A DNA stretch of 64,000 bases, taken from the NCBI GenBank assembly GCA_035500095.1, contig DATJXN010000090.1, forward strand, positions 500-64,499. The letters are read 5' to 3'. The notes below the pieces were generated by a model, which did no database searches, was not told the DNA's origin, and was given only the letters and a program-made list of their open reading frames with translations. This document shows, piece after piece, positions 9,404 to 18,428 of the stretch; position 1 is the first letter of the stretch; every line of letters begins with the position of its first letter. The stretch comes from Candidatus Binataceae bacterium (lineage in GTDB: Bacteria > Desulfobacterota > Binatia > Binatales > Binataceae). The translations under genes and the position numbers were made by a program.

Positions 9404-10090
9404 ATGATGGTGATTAGAAAATTCGGTCTGTACCTGATGGGAGCGGCCGCCGTATGCATGGTCGCCGGCTGTTCAGCCAATGAGGAACAAAGGGGCTGTG
9501 AAACGCTGGGCGCTTTGGGGGGCGCGGTAGTCGGAGCTGGAATCGCCACTGCCGTGATCCTGGCAGAGGAGAATCACAGCTCGCACGAGAGCAGCTACTT
9601 CGCCTGGGGCATTCCGACCGGTCTAGCCGTGGGCGGTCTGGCCGGTGGAGCGATCGGTCACTATCTGTGTCCACCGCCGCCGCCTCCGCCGCCGCCTCCT
9701 CCGCCTCCGCCGCCGCCTCCTCCGCCTCCGCCGCCGCCTCCTCCGCCGCCGGAGAAGCTAATCCTGCGTGGCGTGCACTTTGACTTCAACAAGTCGAAGA
9801 TCCGTCCGCAAGATGCGGCCGTGCTCGACGAAGCCGCGGGTATCCTGAAGCAGCACGCCGATGTATCGGTCAACGTCAACGGCTACTGCGACGCGATCGG
9901 TTCCGTGCGCTACAACCTGAAGCTCTCCGAGCGCCGTTCCGACGCGGTGGTGAAATACCTCGTCGACCACGGAATCGCGGAGAACCGCCTGAGCCCGCAC
10001 GGCTATGGCAAGACGGACTTCGTCGCGACCAACAAGACCGCCGAAGGACGTGCTCAGAACCGCCGGGTCGAACTGATTCCGAATCAGTAA
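9404..10090 (+). CDS. OmpA-family lipoprotein with a polyproline tether.
   Basis: RBS GGAAGGAAGG, then ATG at 9404. Lipobox MVAGCS. A 27-Pro run is followed by the OmpA C-like domain (LRGVHFDFNKSKIRPQDAAVLDEAAGILK...NGYCDAIGSVRYNLKLSERRSDAVVKYLV...RVELI). Confidence 0.85.
   Translation: MMVIRKFGLYLMGAAAVCMVAGCSANEEQRGCETLGALGGAVVGAGIATAVILAEENHSSHESSYFAWGIPTGLAVGGLAGGAIGHYLCPPPPPPPPPPPPPPPPPPPPPPPPPPPEKLILRGVHFDFNKSKIRPQDAAVLDEAAGILKQHADVSVNVNGYCDAIGSVRYNLKLSERRSDAVVKYLVDHGIAENRLSPHGYGKTDFVATNKTAEGRAQNRRVELIPNQ
9671..9751 (+). repeat. Tandem 21-nt repeat (ccgccgccgcctcctccgcct, about 3.8 copies) that encodes 27 consecutive prolines.
   Basis: I counted the codons directly from the sequence: cca ccg ccg ccg cct ccg ... 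in the order given. Confidence 0.85.
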
Positions 10091-10117
10091 GAGCCGGGCT
10101 GTAAACAGCAAAAGCAA

Positions 10118-10152
10118 CGGCCGCAGCCCCCTAAAGGGCTGCGGCCGTTGTG
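10118..10152 (+). terminator. Rho-independent-type terminator after the OmpA-like gene.
   Basis: GGCCGCAGCCC-CCTAAA-GGGCTGCGGCC is a perfect 11-bp stem, followed by GTTGTGCGTT. Confidence 0.5.
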
Positions 10153-10228
10153 CGTTCGGCCGCCGCGCGCACCTCCGGGCGCGCGTCGGACGGCCTGAAG
10201 TTCATGAGATTAGCGCCCAGGTGCCCAC

Positions 10229-10624
10229 ATGACCGGTACGGCCAAAATGCGGGTTGCGCGACCAACCGACAACCTGGAAGCGGTCGCGCGCTTTTACAAC
10301 GAAGGCCTCGGCTTTGCCGAGTTATACCGCTTCGAGCATCACGCCGGGTTTGACGGAGTTATGCTCGGGTCGCCGGGCGCGCCGTATCATCTGGAATTCA
10401 CGAAAGCGCATGGGCATTGCGCCGGCCGAGCGCCAACGGCCGACAATCTGCTGGTGTTCTATCTACCCGATGAAGGCGAATGGAATGCTGCTGTTGCGCG
10501 GATCAAAAAGGCGGGCTACGAGCCGGTCCCGTCCTTCAATCCCTACTGGGACCAACATGGACTGACTTTCGAAGATCCCGACGGATATCGCGTGGTGCTC
10601 GCGCATGAAGCCTGGGAGCTATAG
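10229..10624 (+). CDS. VOC / glyoxalase-bleomycin-resistance-fold family protein.
   Basis: 131 aa; the beta-alpha-beta-beta-beta signature shows in LEAVARFYNEGLGF...HLEF...YRVVLAHE. The start could instead be the Met at 10247. Confidence 0.6.
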   Translation: MTGTAKMRVARPTDNLEAVARFYNEGLGFAELYRFEHHAGFDGVMLGSPGAPYHLEFTKAHGHCAGRAPTADNLLVFYLPDEGEWNAAVARIKKAGYEPVPSFNPYWDQHGLTFEDPDGYRVVLAHEAWEL

Positions 10625-10733
10625 ACGCACCCCTCGGCCCTTCGCCCCAAAACGCACGGCGCCCGCGATCCCCTGATTGAGGATACGGCCGCCGTGTTTT
10701 TTCGACGCATCCGGGCGCGCCGGACTATTTGAC

Positions 10734-11432
10734 CTACTTAACTTCGACGCTGATCTCGCGATACACACTCTTGCCGACGTTCGCGAGGTCGCGCTCGACT
10801 CCGGACGGCTGCCAGTACACATCCTTGGCGTTGCGCGTCTCTTCCTTGGACCGCTCAGGGCCCGCGGCGGCACGTTCCGTCACCTTGACCTTGCCCGGCT
10901 GGACCACAAACACCGCGGTATCGCGCTCGCAGTGCCGCTTGCCGAGGCTCTTGCCCGGCGGCAGCGTAGTCTCGACGATCCGCATCCGCCCATTCTCCAT
11001 CACGCAGATGCTGCCCGCGCGATCCGCGGTGCCGACCAGCGCGTCGCAGGAGGTGAAGCCGGCGCGATCCTGGCCGGGCTTCGGCGGCCGCTTGATTTCG
11101 ATCAGAGCCTCGCGAAATGGCGTCTCGCTGACGTTGCGGAAGCTCTCGGTGCCGCCGGCCTTGATGTAATAGACCGAGCGATCGTGCGCGACGAAGTCGT
11201 AGGCGCCGTAGTCGCGGTCGTCAACTTTGAGATTCGCGCCGCTGGTGATGTAGAGCACGTAGTCGTTGGTGTGGTGATGGAGGCCGAAGGTGGCGCCGGG
11301 CGCGACGTCCATCTCCCACACGCGCACTTCCTGGTTCTCGAACAAGGACCGCGTCGCGATCTGGGTCATCGGATGTTGGCCCTTGGCTTTCGGCTGCTGC
11401 TTGTGTTCGGAAACGTGTCCGCTGCCCGCCAT
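10734..11432 (-). CDS. Cupin-domain protein (probable bicupin).
   Basis: Start MAGSGHVSEHKQQ at 11432-11430, preceded by AGGAGGAAAATAT. Cupin motifs are present: ...GATFGLHHHTNDYVLYITSG...AGGTESF... plus a second beta-barrel-like half. Confidence 0.7.
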   Translation of the reverse strand: MAGSGHVSEHKQQPKAKGQHPMTQIATRSLFENQEVRVWEMDVAPGATFGLHHHTNDYVLYITSGANLKVDDRDYGAYDFVAHDRSVYYIKAGGTESFRNVSETPFREALIEIKRPPKPGQDRAGFTSCDALVGTADRAGSICVMENGRMRIVETTLPPGKSLGKRHCERDTAVFVVQPGKVKVTERAAAGPERSKEETRNAKDVYWQPSGVERDLANVGKSVYREISVEVK

Positions 11433-11566
11433 ATATTTTCCTCCTGGACCGCCGCGGAACGATCGCCGCGCGATCTTCCGCAAGGTTTTTGTCGGCTCTC
11501 CGATCCGCCCTATACCACCGCCTTGAAAAAAGCGCCAACGGTCGCGCGAGCCCACGCCATCTTCGA

Positions 11567-12460
11567 TCATCCTTTGAGCTTGAAGTAGTCAGGGCGGCCG
11601 GCGGTCCATTGTTCCCCCCACATCTGGAAGCCGCCGTCGATTGCGAGGATTTCGCCGGTGATGAATTTTCCGCTTGGCCCGGCGAGGTAGCAGCAGGCGT
11701 CCGCAACGTCCTGCGCGTCGCCGAATTTCATCATCGGATTGGCGCGCCGGAACTCCGCCCTCGCCTCCTCCGGATAGACGTTCATGCCTTCGGTCGCCGT
11801 TACGCCGGGCGCCACATTGTTGATCCGAATCTTGAGCGGCGCCCATTCGACGGCGAGCGTCTTGCTCAGGTAGATAACCCCGGCGCGCGCGGCCGCCGTA
11901 TGCGCGACTCCCGGCATACCGCGTTCCACTACGGCGACAATATTGACGATACATCCGGGGCTCCCGGTGGCGCGCCATCGCCGCGCCGCCGCCTGCATCA
12001 TGTACCAGGTGCCGTTCAGGTTGGTGTCGATGACCGCGAGCCACCCCTTGACGCTGAAGTCGATCGCCGGTTGCGGAAACTGGCCGCCGGCGTTGTTGAC
12101 CAACACGTCGAGCCGTCCGTAGCGACTCCACGCGGCGTCAAACAGCGCCGCGACCTGCTCCGGGTCGCGGATCGTCATCGGATGAACGAGACAATCGATT
12201 CCAAGCGCACGCATCCCCGCAGCCGTGCGCTCCAGCGGCTCGGCCCTGCGACCGCAAATCACCAGCTTCGCTCCGAGGCGGCCGAACTGGTAGGCGATCG
12301 CCTTGCCCAGCCCCGTACCTGCACCGGAGACCAGCGCCACCTGGCCCTCGAACAGGCCGGGCCGCCAGCTGAGCTCGAGCGTCGCAAGCTCTTCGTCGGT
12401 GAATCCGAAAATCCGATAACTATCTCGATGACTATCGGCCATCGCCGGTTCCCCAACCAT
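11567..12460 (-). CDS. SDR-family oxidoreductase.
   Basis: Rossmann motif ALVSGAGTGLGKAIA, NNAG, and the catalytic region ...VIYLSK... A possible alternative start is at 12442 (MADSHRD). Confidence 0.85.
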   Translation of the reverse strand: MVGEPAMADSHRDSYRIFGFTDEELATLELSWRPGLFEGQVALVSGAGTGLGKAIAYQFGRLGAKLVICGRRAEPLERTAAGMRALGIDCLVHPMTIRDPEQVAALFDAAWSRYGRLDVLVNNAGGQFPQPAIDFSVKGWLAVIDTNLNGTWYMMQAAARRWRATGSPGCIVNIVAVVERGMPGVAHTAAARAGVIYLSKTLAVEWAPLKIRINNVAPGVTATEGMNVYPEEARAEFRRANPMMKFGDAQDVADACCYLAGPSGKFITGEILAIDGGFQMWGEQWTAGRPDYFKLKG

Positions 12461-12851
12461 TTGCAGGAAGCCCGCGATGGCCCGTATCGATATGCTCAGG
12501 ATCGAGATGGGCGGGGCGCGCGCGCGCCTCGCCGAACTCCGCCTCGCGCAGGATCTTCCGCGGATTTGTCTCGCCCTCGACGAAGGCGGTCACATAGCCG
12601 TTCCCCATCGCATCCGCCGCGTCGCATTCGAAAATCGGCTCCGGCACCGCCATTCCATGCGCGTGCGCTATCCGCATCACGCGGAACTGCACGGCCGGCG
12701 GCAGAGACGGACTTTCGGCTTCGTCCGGGATTTCCTGGCGCGAGACCGGGCGGCGGCGCACAGCCTGGCGGAACGATTCGAGCTCGTCTGCGGAACTTTT
12801 GTTGGCCGGGGCTTGGGCGGCGGAATTTTGCCTCGCGGATGCTCGCGGCAT
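12432..12851 (-). CDS. Hypothetical ORF; possibly a gene fragment or pseudogene remnant.
   Basis: 139 aa in an Ala/Arg-rich, high-GC frame. It overlaps the SDR start by 29 nt. I recognise no family, so this may be a shadow ORF. Confidence 0.2.
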   Translation of the reverse strand: MPRASARQNSAAQAPANKSSADELESFRQAVRRRPVSRQEIPDEAESPSLPPAVQFRVMRIAHAHGMAVPEPIFECDAADAMGNGYVTAFVEGETNPRKILREAEFGEARARPAHLDPEHIDTGHRGLPANGWGTGDGR

Positions 12852-12974
12852 GCATAAGTCTTTACGCGGGAGAAGCGACCGGAGGCAAGCGATCTTCCTG
12901 ACGGAAGGCGAACGCCGGCAAACCGGGCGGCGCGTCGCAGCTCGATGCGGCTTTGGAGAGCCGGCCGAATCAGT

Positions 12975-15539
12975 TCAATGCGAATTTGACGGGCGCGGAG
13001 CGCTGCCCTCGCGCGACGCGCACGATCTTTCGGCTTCGAGCAGCGGGCGGACGACTCTCGCCTCATGTTCGATCTCGTCGAGCAGCGGCTGCGCCCCTTC
13101 ACCCGACCCTTCGCGCGCCAGGACTTCGAGTTGGCTGCACAGCCTCGCCATCCGGGCGAGGCCCAGGCTAAGACACGAGCCCTTGAATTCGTGAGCGCGC
13201 TCGTCGAGCGCGCTCAGCTGGCCGTGCAACGAGGCTTCGCGCATCGAGGCCAGCCGGGAGTCCAGTTCGCCGTAGAACATATCGATAAGCTCCCGCAGGA
13301 AATCGCCGCTTTCGCATCCGCGCGAGAGGTCGAGCAGCTCGATCATCACCTCGGGATCGATACTGTCGCAACTCGAGGAAGCCCCCGCCCGGCCTGCGCC
13401 GTTGTGCGCGTTTGCGGCCCCATTCAACGGGACCCAGCGCGCCAGCGCCGCCTCGAGCGCCTCCAGCCTTACGGGCTTGGCCATGTAGTCGTCCATGCCG
13501 GCGGCAAAACATCGCTCGCGCGCTCCCTCCTGGGCAAAGGCGGTCATCGCGATGATGATCGTGTGCTGGAGGCCTGATTCGCGCCGCCGAATCTCGGCGG
13601 TGGTCGCGTAGCCGTCCATCTTCGGCATCTGGCAATCCATCAGGACCGCCGCGTATGATCCGCGCGCCAGCATTTCCAGCGCAGCGGGGCCGTTGTCGAT
13701 CGCGTCGGCGGCGTAGCCAAGCTTGCGCAACTGGTTGAGCGCAAGCTTCTGGTTGATCGCGTTGTCCTCGACTACCAGCACCCGCAAGGCATTGGGGGGC
13801 TGGCGGCGCGATTGAGCTTCTCCGATCAGCGCGCCGTTGACGCCGTGTCTGGCCTGCTGCTCGCGATGTCTGTGCTTCTGAAGGTCGCCCAGGATGAGCA
13901 GGAGTTGCGACGGCCTGATAGGCCGTGCGAGCCAGCGGTCGGCTTGCAACGAATCTCGCGCCCGGCTCGAAGCTTCCGCGTCGGGCGAACTGGTGGCGAT
14001 AAGCCAGGTGCCGCTGATCGCCGGGTCCGCCTTGATCGCGCGCATGAGATGAACGCCGCCGCCGGCGGGTGCGTGCAGATCGACGATCGCCGCGTCGTAC
14101 GGCGTTCCCGCAGCGGCGCCGGTGCACAGCAAGTGCAGCGCGCGCGCGCCGTCGGCCGCCGCGTCGGCGTGCACGCCCCATCCCGCGAGCCGCTTGCAGA
14201 GGCTCGCGCTCAGCGTCGCGTTGTCCTCGACCACCAGCAGCCGCATGCGTTTAAGCTCGGCGCGCAAATCCGTCGCAGCGCTCACGAAGGGGCGCTGCTT
14301 GTGCAACCTCATCGTGAAGCGAAACACGGATCCGCGGCCGGGCTCGCTCTCGACCTCGATCCGCCCTCCCATTCGCTCGACCAGCTGCGCCGAGATGGCC
14401 AGCCCCAACCCCGAACCGCCGTACTTGCGCGTGGTCGAACCGTCAACCTGGGAAAACGGTTGAAAGAGCAGCTTCTGCGCCTCGGGCGCGATCCCAATCC
14501 CGGTATCCCGCACCTCGCAGCGCACGGCCGTTGCGGCTGCGGACTCCTCTTCTTTCACCAGGCGCAGAACTATCTCGCCGCGCTCGGTGAACTTGACCGC
14601 GTTGCTGATCAGGTTCACCAGCACCTGCTGAAGCCGCGCGGGATCGCCCCGGAGCAGACGCGGCACCTCATCGTCGACATCAAGAATAAGCTCGACGTTG
14701 CTGCGCTGCGCGCGTTCGCCGAAGAGCCCGACCGCGGTCTCGACTACCTGCAGAAGGTCGAAGTCGATCTGCTGCAGCACAACCTTGCCCGCGGCGAGAT
14801 TGGAGAAATCCAGCAGATCGTTGACCATTCCGAACAGCAGGTCGGTGCTCAGTTGCACGGTCTCGGCGTACTCGCGCTGCTCGGGGCTGAGCTCGGTGCC
14901 GAGCAGCAGCTGCGTCATTCCGATAATGCCGTTGAGCGGGGTGCGGATTTCGTGGCTCATGTTGCTGAGGAACTCGGAGCGCAGCCGTTCCGCCTCGCGC
15001 GCGAGCGCCTGGGCGCGTTTTGTATGCTCCTCGGCAATTTTTCTCTCGTTGATGTCGCTTATCACCACCATCCCGCCAAGGATGGTGCCGTCGTCGGTTC
15101 TGACCGGGCGCGCGAAGATTTCGACCCACAAGTCGGACGCCCTGGCCGGCCCACGCACGATGAACTGCGCGTTGTTGACTTCCTCGCCCCGCATCGCACG
15201 GGAGAGCGGCCACTCCTCCACCGCGATCGGGTTTCCGTCATGAGAGGCGAGCAACTGGCATTGGTCGCCGGCGGCGTTGAGGTCGACCCCTCGCAGGTCG
15301 GCGCCACAGATCGCGCTTGCGCCGCGGTTGAACAGCACCAGGCGCGAATCCCGATCGCAAACCATCACGCCCTCGCCCATATTGTCGAGCACGAACTGCA
15401 GCAGGTCGATCTGATGACGAGGTGGTAGCTCGAGCGCGCCCGAGCCGGCCGCGTCGGAGGACGCGGGCGCGCCGCTGCGCCTGGATCGCGCTCTCAGAAA
15501 CTCCAGCATGTTGGCTCCGATTCCGGAAAGGTCCGCCAT
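12975..15539 (-). CDS. Hybrid sensor histidine kinase/response regulator (PAS-PAC, HisKA, HATPase_c, REC, REC, Hpt).
   Basis: H-box SHEIRTPLNGIIGMTQLL. N/G boxes ...LISNAVKFT...DTGIGI...GGSGLGLAIS... Two receiver domains (LLVVEDNATL...; VLVVEDNAINQKLALNQLRKLGY...LMDCQMPKMDGY...AMTA...DDYMAKP). C-terminal Hpt (HEFKGSCLSLG). Confidence 0.9.
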   Translation of the reverse strand: MADLSGIGANMLEFLRARSRRSGAPASSDAAGSGALELPPRHQIDLLQFVLDNMGEGVMVCDRDSRLVLFNRGASAICGADLRGVDLNAAGDQCQLLASHDGNPIAVEEWPLSRAMRGEEVNNAQFIVRGPARASDLWVEIFARPVRTDDGTILGGMVVISDINERKIAEEHTKRAQALAREAERLRSEFLSNMSHEIRTPLNGIIGMTQLLLGTELSPEQREYAETVQLSTDLLFGMVNDLLDFSNLAAGKVVLQQIDFDLLQVVETAVGLFGERAQRSNVELILDVDDEVPRLLRGDPARLQQVLVNLISNAVKFTERGEIVLRLVKEEESAAATAVRCEVRDTGIGIAPEAQKLLFQPFSQVDGSTTRKYGGSGLGLAISAQLVERMGGRIEVESEPGRGSVFRFTMRLHKQRPFVSAATDLRAELKRMRLLVVEDNATLSASLCKRLAGWGVHADAAADGARALHLLCTGAAAGTPYDAAIVDLHAPAGGGVHLMRAIKADPAISGTWLIATSSPDAEASSRARDSLQADRWLARPIRPSQLLLILGDLQKHRHREQQARHGVNGALIGEAQSRRQPPNALRVLVVEDNAINQKLALNQLRKLGYAADAIDNGPAALEMLARGSYAAVLMDCQMPKMDGYATTAEIRRRESGLQHTIIIAMTAFAQEGARERCFAAGMDDYMAKPVRLEALEAALARWVPLNGAANAHNGAGRAGASSSCDSIDPEVMIELLDLSRGCESGDFLRELIDMFYGELDSRLASMREASLHGQLSALDERAHEFKGSCLSLGLARMARLCSQLEVLAREGSGEGAQPLLDEIEHEARVVRPLLEAERSCASREGSAPRPSNSH

Positions 15540-15633
15540 TGTCTTAATGCCTCAAGCCTCCGCGTGCAGATTCGGCATGCTTTCCAAGGCCAACAGTGAG
15601 CAGCGCGATCCAATACCGCGGATTCTGGAGCCT

Positions 15634-15663
15634 CCCGCGGGCCTTGGGAAAAAATTCCCGCGG
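15634..15663. promoter_or_regulatory. Two copies of the palindromic site CCCGCGG, 16 nt apart, in the divergent promoter region. This is a candidate operator or hairpin.
   Basis: The sequence is cctCCCGCGGGccttgggaaaaaattCCCGCGGaaa. It lies immediately upstream of the hybrid kinase start, inside the roughly 700 bp AT-rich intergenic region. Confidence 0.3.
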
Positions 15664-16240
15664 AAACTGTCTTTATGCAGAATTTATGCCTAGATGAGCG
15701 TTATGACGCACCTATGACCAAATTTCCCGCTCGTTATTGCGCTCGCTACAACTGAGGTTTCGTTCGCGTCTCGAGGGTGAGCACTGTTAGTCAATGTTCG
15801 CCATAAATAGGCACCACACTGCAGAGATCTGATCCGCTCGGGGATATTCGTCGAAGCATCCCGCACACTGGCGCTGCAAGATCGCGCAGATGCTGTCGTG
15901 CCCGCGCCACAGCGATGTGTCGCTTTTTTGACCGCTTGCTGCGCCGCACAACCATCATCAGCAAATTTTTTTTCAAATTTTCGCAGTTCTGAGCATTTTT
16001 AACTTTATGTGCGCGTACAATTCAGCGAATTCGCCGCGCCATCTATGCGGCCTTAGCTGATGATGCTAGACAGGCAATAACAGCCTCTGCGCCGCGCAGA
16101 TATGCTGTCAGCCGCGTGCGAGACTGCGATAGGCGCTGCCAAGGGAGCGCCGGTGCCGGATCCGGTGAGTGAGAACCTTTCCCGGCTCATTAGAAGAATC
16201 TCCGGCGTGTCGCGGGTGTTTGCAGGGTTGGGGGGATGAT

Positions 16241-16474
16241 ATGGCTCGAGATAGTGACCGGCCGTTGTTCGGACGACAGAGCAAGGTAATGACCGTGGAG
16301 GAGGTTTCAGAGTATCTGCACGTTCATCCCTCCACCATCTACCGGCTAATCAAACGGCGTAAGATTCCAGCCTTTCGGATCGGCAGCGACTGGCGCTTCA
16401 ATATCGAGACCATCGACAAATGGCGGTCGCAGATGGAAGGCGGCGTTCCCGAAACACCCAAGAGCAAAACTTAG
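16241..16474 (+). CDS. Excisionase-family (MerR-like) HTH DNA-binding protein.
   Basis: RBS GGGGGG, then ATG. MTVEEVSEYLHVHPSTIYRLIKRRKIPAFRIGSDWRFNIETIDKWR is the classic excisionase/AlpA-type winged HTH. The true start could be the internal Met/Val just before MTVEEV. Confidence 0.75.
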   Translation: MARDSDRPLFGRQSKVMTVEEVSEYLHVHPSTIYRLIKRRKIPAFRIGSDWRFNIETIDKWRSQMEGGVPETPKSKT

Positions 16475-16612
16475 CGCGCCAGACTTGCGCGCGCTTGTAA
16501 CCGAGCATCCCGGGTGTGGCACCCGCAGCTCTGGCAGGCGCCTGCGCGCGATGCGCGCGTCTTAGCGGTCTGTTGGCGATCGCAGCGTCGGCCGCACTAT
16601 GATGCGAATGCT

Positions 16613-17785
16613 ATGGGCAAGCTTCCGCTTTCGCGCTTCAAGGTCATCGACCTAACTCGCGCCCGCTCTGGACCTACGGCGGTGCGCCAGCTCGCCGACT
16701 GGGGCGCCGACGTCCTGAAAATCGAGACGCCCGATAACGACGCCACCGAAGTCGGCTCGCGTGCGGGTCCGGATTTCCAGAATCTCCATCGCAACAAGCG
16801 AAGCCTGACACTCAACCTCAAGCATCCCGAGGCGCTCGAAATCCTCCAACGGCTGGCGGCCAGCGCCGACGTGCTGGTCGAAAACTATCGCCCCGATGTG
16901 AAACGCCGCCTCGGCATCGATTACGAGAAGATGCGGGCGATCAATCCGCGCCTGGTCTACGCGAGCATCTCAGGTTTCGGCCAGGACGGACCCTACGCCG
17001 ATCGTCCGGGTCTCGACCAGATTGCGCAGGGGATGGGCGGTTTGATGTCGATAACCGGCCTGCCCGGCCAGGGTCCGGTCCGCGTGGGGATCGCGGTCGC
17101 CGATCTCACCGCAGGGATCTTTTGCGCGATGGGCATTCTGCTCGCGCTGCTCGAACGGGAAGAATCGGGCGAAGGACAGTGGGTGCAAACCTCCCTGCTG
17201 GCGGCGCAGGTGGCGATGCTGGATTTCCAGGCGGCGCGCTGGCTGCTTGGCAAAGAGGTGCCGGAACAGGCCGGCAACAATCATCCGACCTCGATTCCGA
17301 CCGGCGTCTTCGCCACCGCCGACGGATACATCAATATCGCCGCTTCCGGCCATGAACTGTTCGCGCGCCTGTGCAAGGCGCTCGGCGCGGAGCAACTCGC
17401 CGCCGATCCGGCGTACTCGAGCGGAAAGGCGCGCCTTGGCAACCGCGACCGGCTCAACGCCGCGATCGAGGCGATCACGCGCACCCGCCCGTCGGCCGAA
17501 TGGGTCGAGGTTCTCAACCGCGCCGGCGTTCCGTGCGGCCCAATCTACCGTATCGACCAGGTCTTCGCCGATCCGCAGGTGCGCCATCTCGGTATCGCAC
17601 GCGCGATCGAGAACGCCGCACATGGACGCCAGGTGCTGGTCGGCCAGGCGGTGAATCTCAGCCGCACCCCGTGGGAGGTGCGGACGCCGACGCCCGAGAA
17701 GGGCGAGCATACCGACGCGGTGTTGGGCACGCTTGGATACGACGCCGCGGCAATCGCCGGACTGCGCGCGCGCGGCGCGATCTGA
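16613..17785 (+). CDS. Family III CoA-transferase (CaiB/BaiF/Frc-like).
   Basis: MGKLPLSRFKVIDLTRARSGPTAVRQLADWGADVLKIE...LVENYRPDV...ISGFGQDGPYADRPGLDQIAQGMGGLMSITG... is a full-length match to the CaiB/BaiF fold. Confidence 0.85.
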   Translation: MGKLPLSRFKVIDLTRARSGPTAVRQLADWGADVLKIETPDNDATEVGSRAGPDFQNLHRNKRSLTLNLKHPEALEILQRLAASADVLVENYRPDVKRRLGIDYEKMRAINPRLVYASISGFGQDGPYADRPGLDQIAQGMGGLMSITGLPGQGPVRVGIAVADLTAGIFCAMGILLALLEREESGEGQWVQTSLLAAQVAMLDFQAARWLLGKEVPEQAGNNHPTSIPTGVFATADGYINIAASGHELFARLCKALGAEQLAADPAYSSGKARLGNRDRLNAAIEAITRTRPSAEWVEVLNRAGVPCGPIYRIDQVFADPQVRHLGIARAIENAAHGRQVLVGQAVNLSRTPWEVRTPTPEKGEHTDAVLGTLGYDAAAIAGLRARGAI

Positions 17786-17795
17786 AAGCAGGACG

Positions 17796-18389
17796 ATGGA
17801 GCCCAAACCGCGAGCCTCGATGCGCTCCCTCTTGCCCGCGCCGACGGCGTTGGTTAGCCTGCACCCCGTCTTGAGAATTCATCGCTTCACAATTGCGGCA
17901 GGCGTGATGGCGCTGGTTATCGCAGCGGTCTCGGCGGCGGTTTCGCCTGCGGACAGCATTGCCGACGACGCGAGCGCAAAGATCAATATCAACGTCGCGT
18001 GCCATTGCTCTGACCCCGTCGGAGAGAAGTTCTGCGCGGACTTCAAGGACAAGATCAAAAAGTCGGTCGGCTATCAGCTGGCCGACGGCAGCGGCGGCTA
18101 CGGAATGGGCGTTCATCTTTCATGCGTTGATATGTGGAAGGGTATCGACAGCAAGCTCGCCGGCCGCATGTCCGCGGTGGCGCTGACCTTCACGATCTAT
18201 TCCGACAAGCTGCCGGGCGAAGTGTTCGAGGACGCCTCCGTGTTCAGGGTCGGCAAGGACAAGGTGCCCGAAATGTCCGACCAGGTTGTCGCCGCCCTGG
18301 GGCAGCTCGCGAGCGCAAACTCGGCCTTCTTCGAGAGCATGCGTGCGGGCGCGCAGGGATCGGCGCCCGATTCCACTCCTTCGCCCTAA
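17796..18389 (+). CDS. Hypothetical secreted or membrane-anchored protein.
   Basis: Hydrophobic segment HRFTIAAGVMALVIAAVSAAVSPADS, followed by a Cys-containing domain (NVACHCSDPVGEKFCADF...LSCVDMWKG). The start is uncertain between 17796, 17820 and 17910. I recognise no family. Confidence 0.45.
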   Translation: MEPKPRASMRSLLPAPTALVSLHPVLRIHRFTIAAGVMALVIAAVSAAVSPADSIADDASAKININVACHCSDPVGEKFCADFKDKIKKSVGYQLADGSGGYGMGVHLSCVDMWKGIDSKLAGRMSAVALTFTIYSDKLPGEVFEDASVFRVGKDKVPEMSDQVVAALGQLASANSAFFESMRAGAQGSAPDSTPSP

Positions 18390-18428
18390 GCGGCGCGCGC
18401 TCCCGAGTCAGGCAGGAGTATACCGCCG

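Noticed and set aside
9671-9751. A short regularly spaced repeat array (possible CRISPR).
   Set aside because: The repeat is a 21-nt in-frame tandem repeat encoding polyproline inside a CDS. It has no spacers, no leader and no cas genes.
13812-15428. A 538-aa plus-strand ORF antisense to the hybrid kinase. Similar long antisense ORFs include 11489..12901, 32477..33841, 35117..36508, 42186..43565, 43962..45251, 26649..27842, 27992..29467, 52477..53724, 49412..50386, 7980..8948 and 5838..6806.
   Set aside because: These are Arg/Ala/Gly-rich low-complexity translations with no recognisable domains, lying opposite well-supported genes. They are typical shadow ORFs in DNA of more than 65% GC.
15791-15976. 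A 61-aa basic ORF (MKKNLLMMVVRRSKRSKK...) in the AT-rich intergenic region.
   Set aside because: It begins on TTG inside a T8 homopolymer, has no RBS and no recognisable fold. It is more likely promoter DNA than a gene.
16241-16474. Excisionase-family HTH gene as a marker of a prophage or integrative element.
   Set aside because: There is no integrase, no tRNA and no phage structural or replication genes, and the flanks contain no direct repeats that I could find. Stand-alone excisionase-family regulators are common in some lineages.
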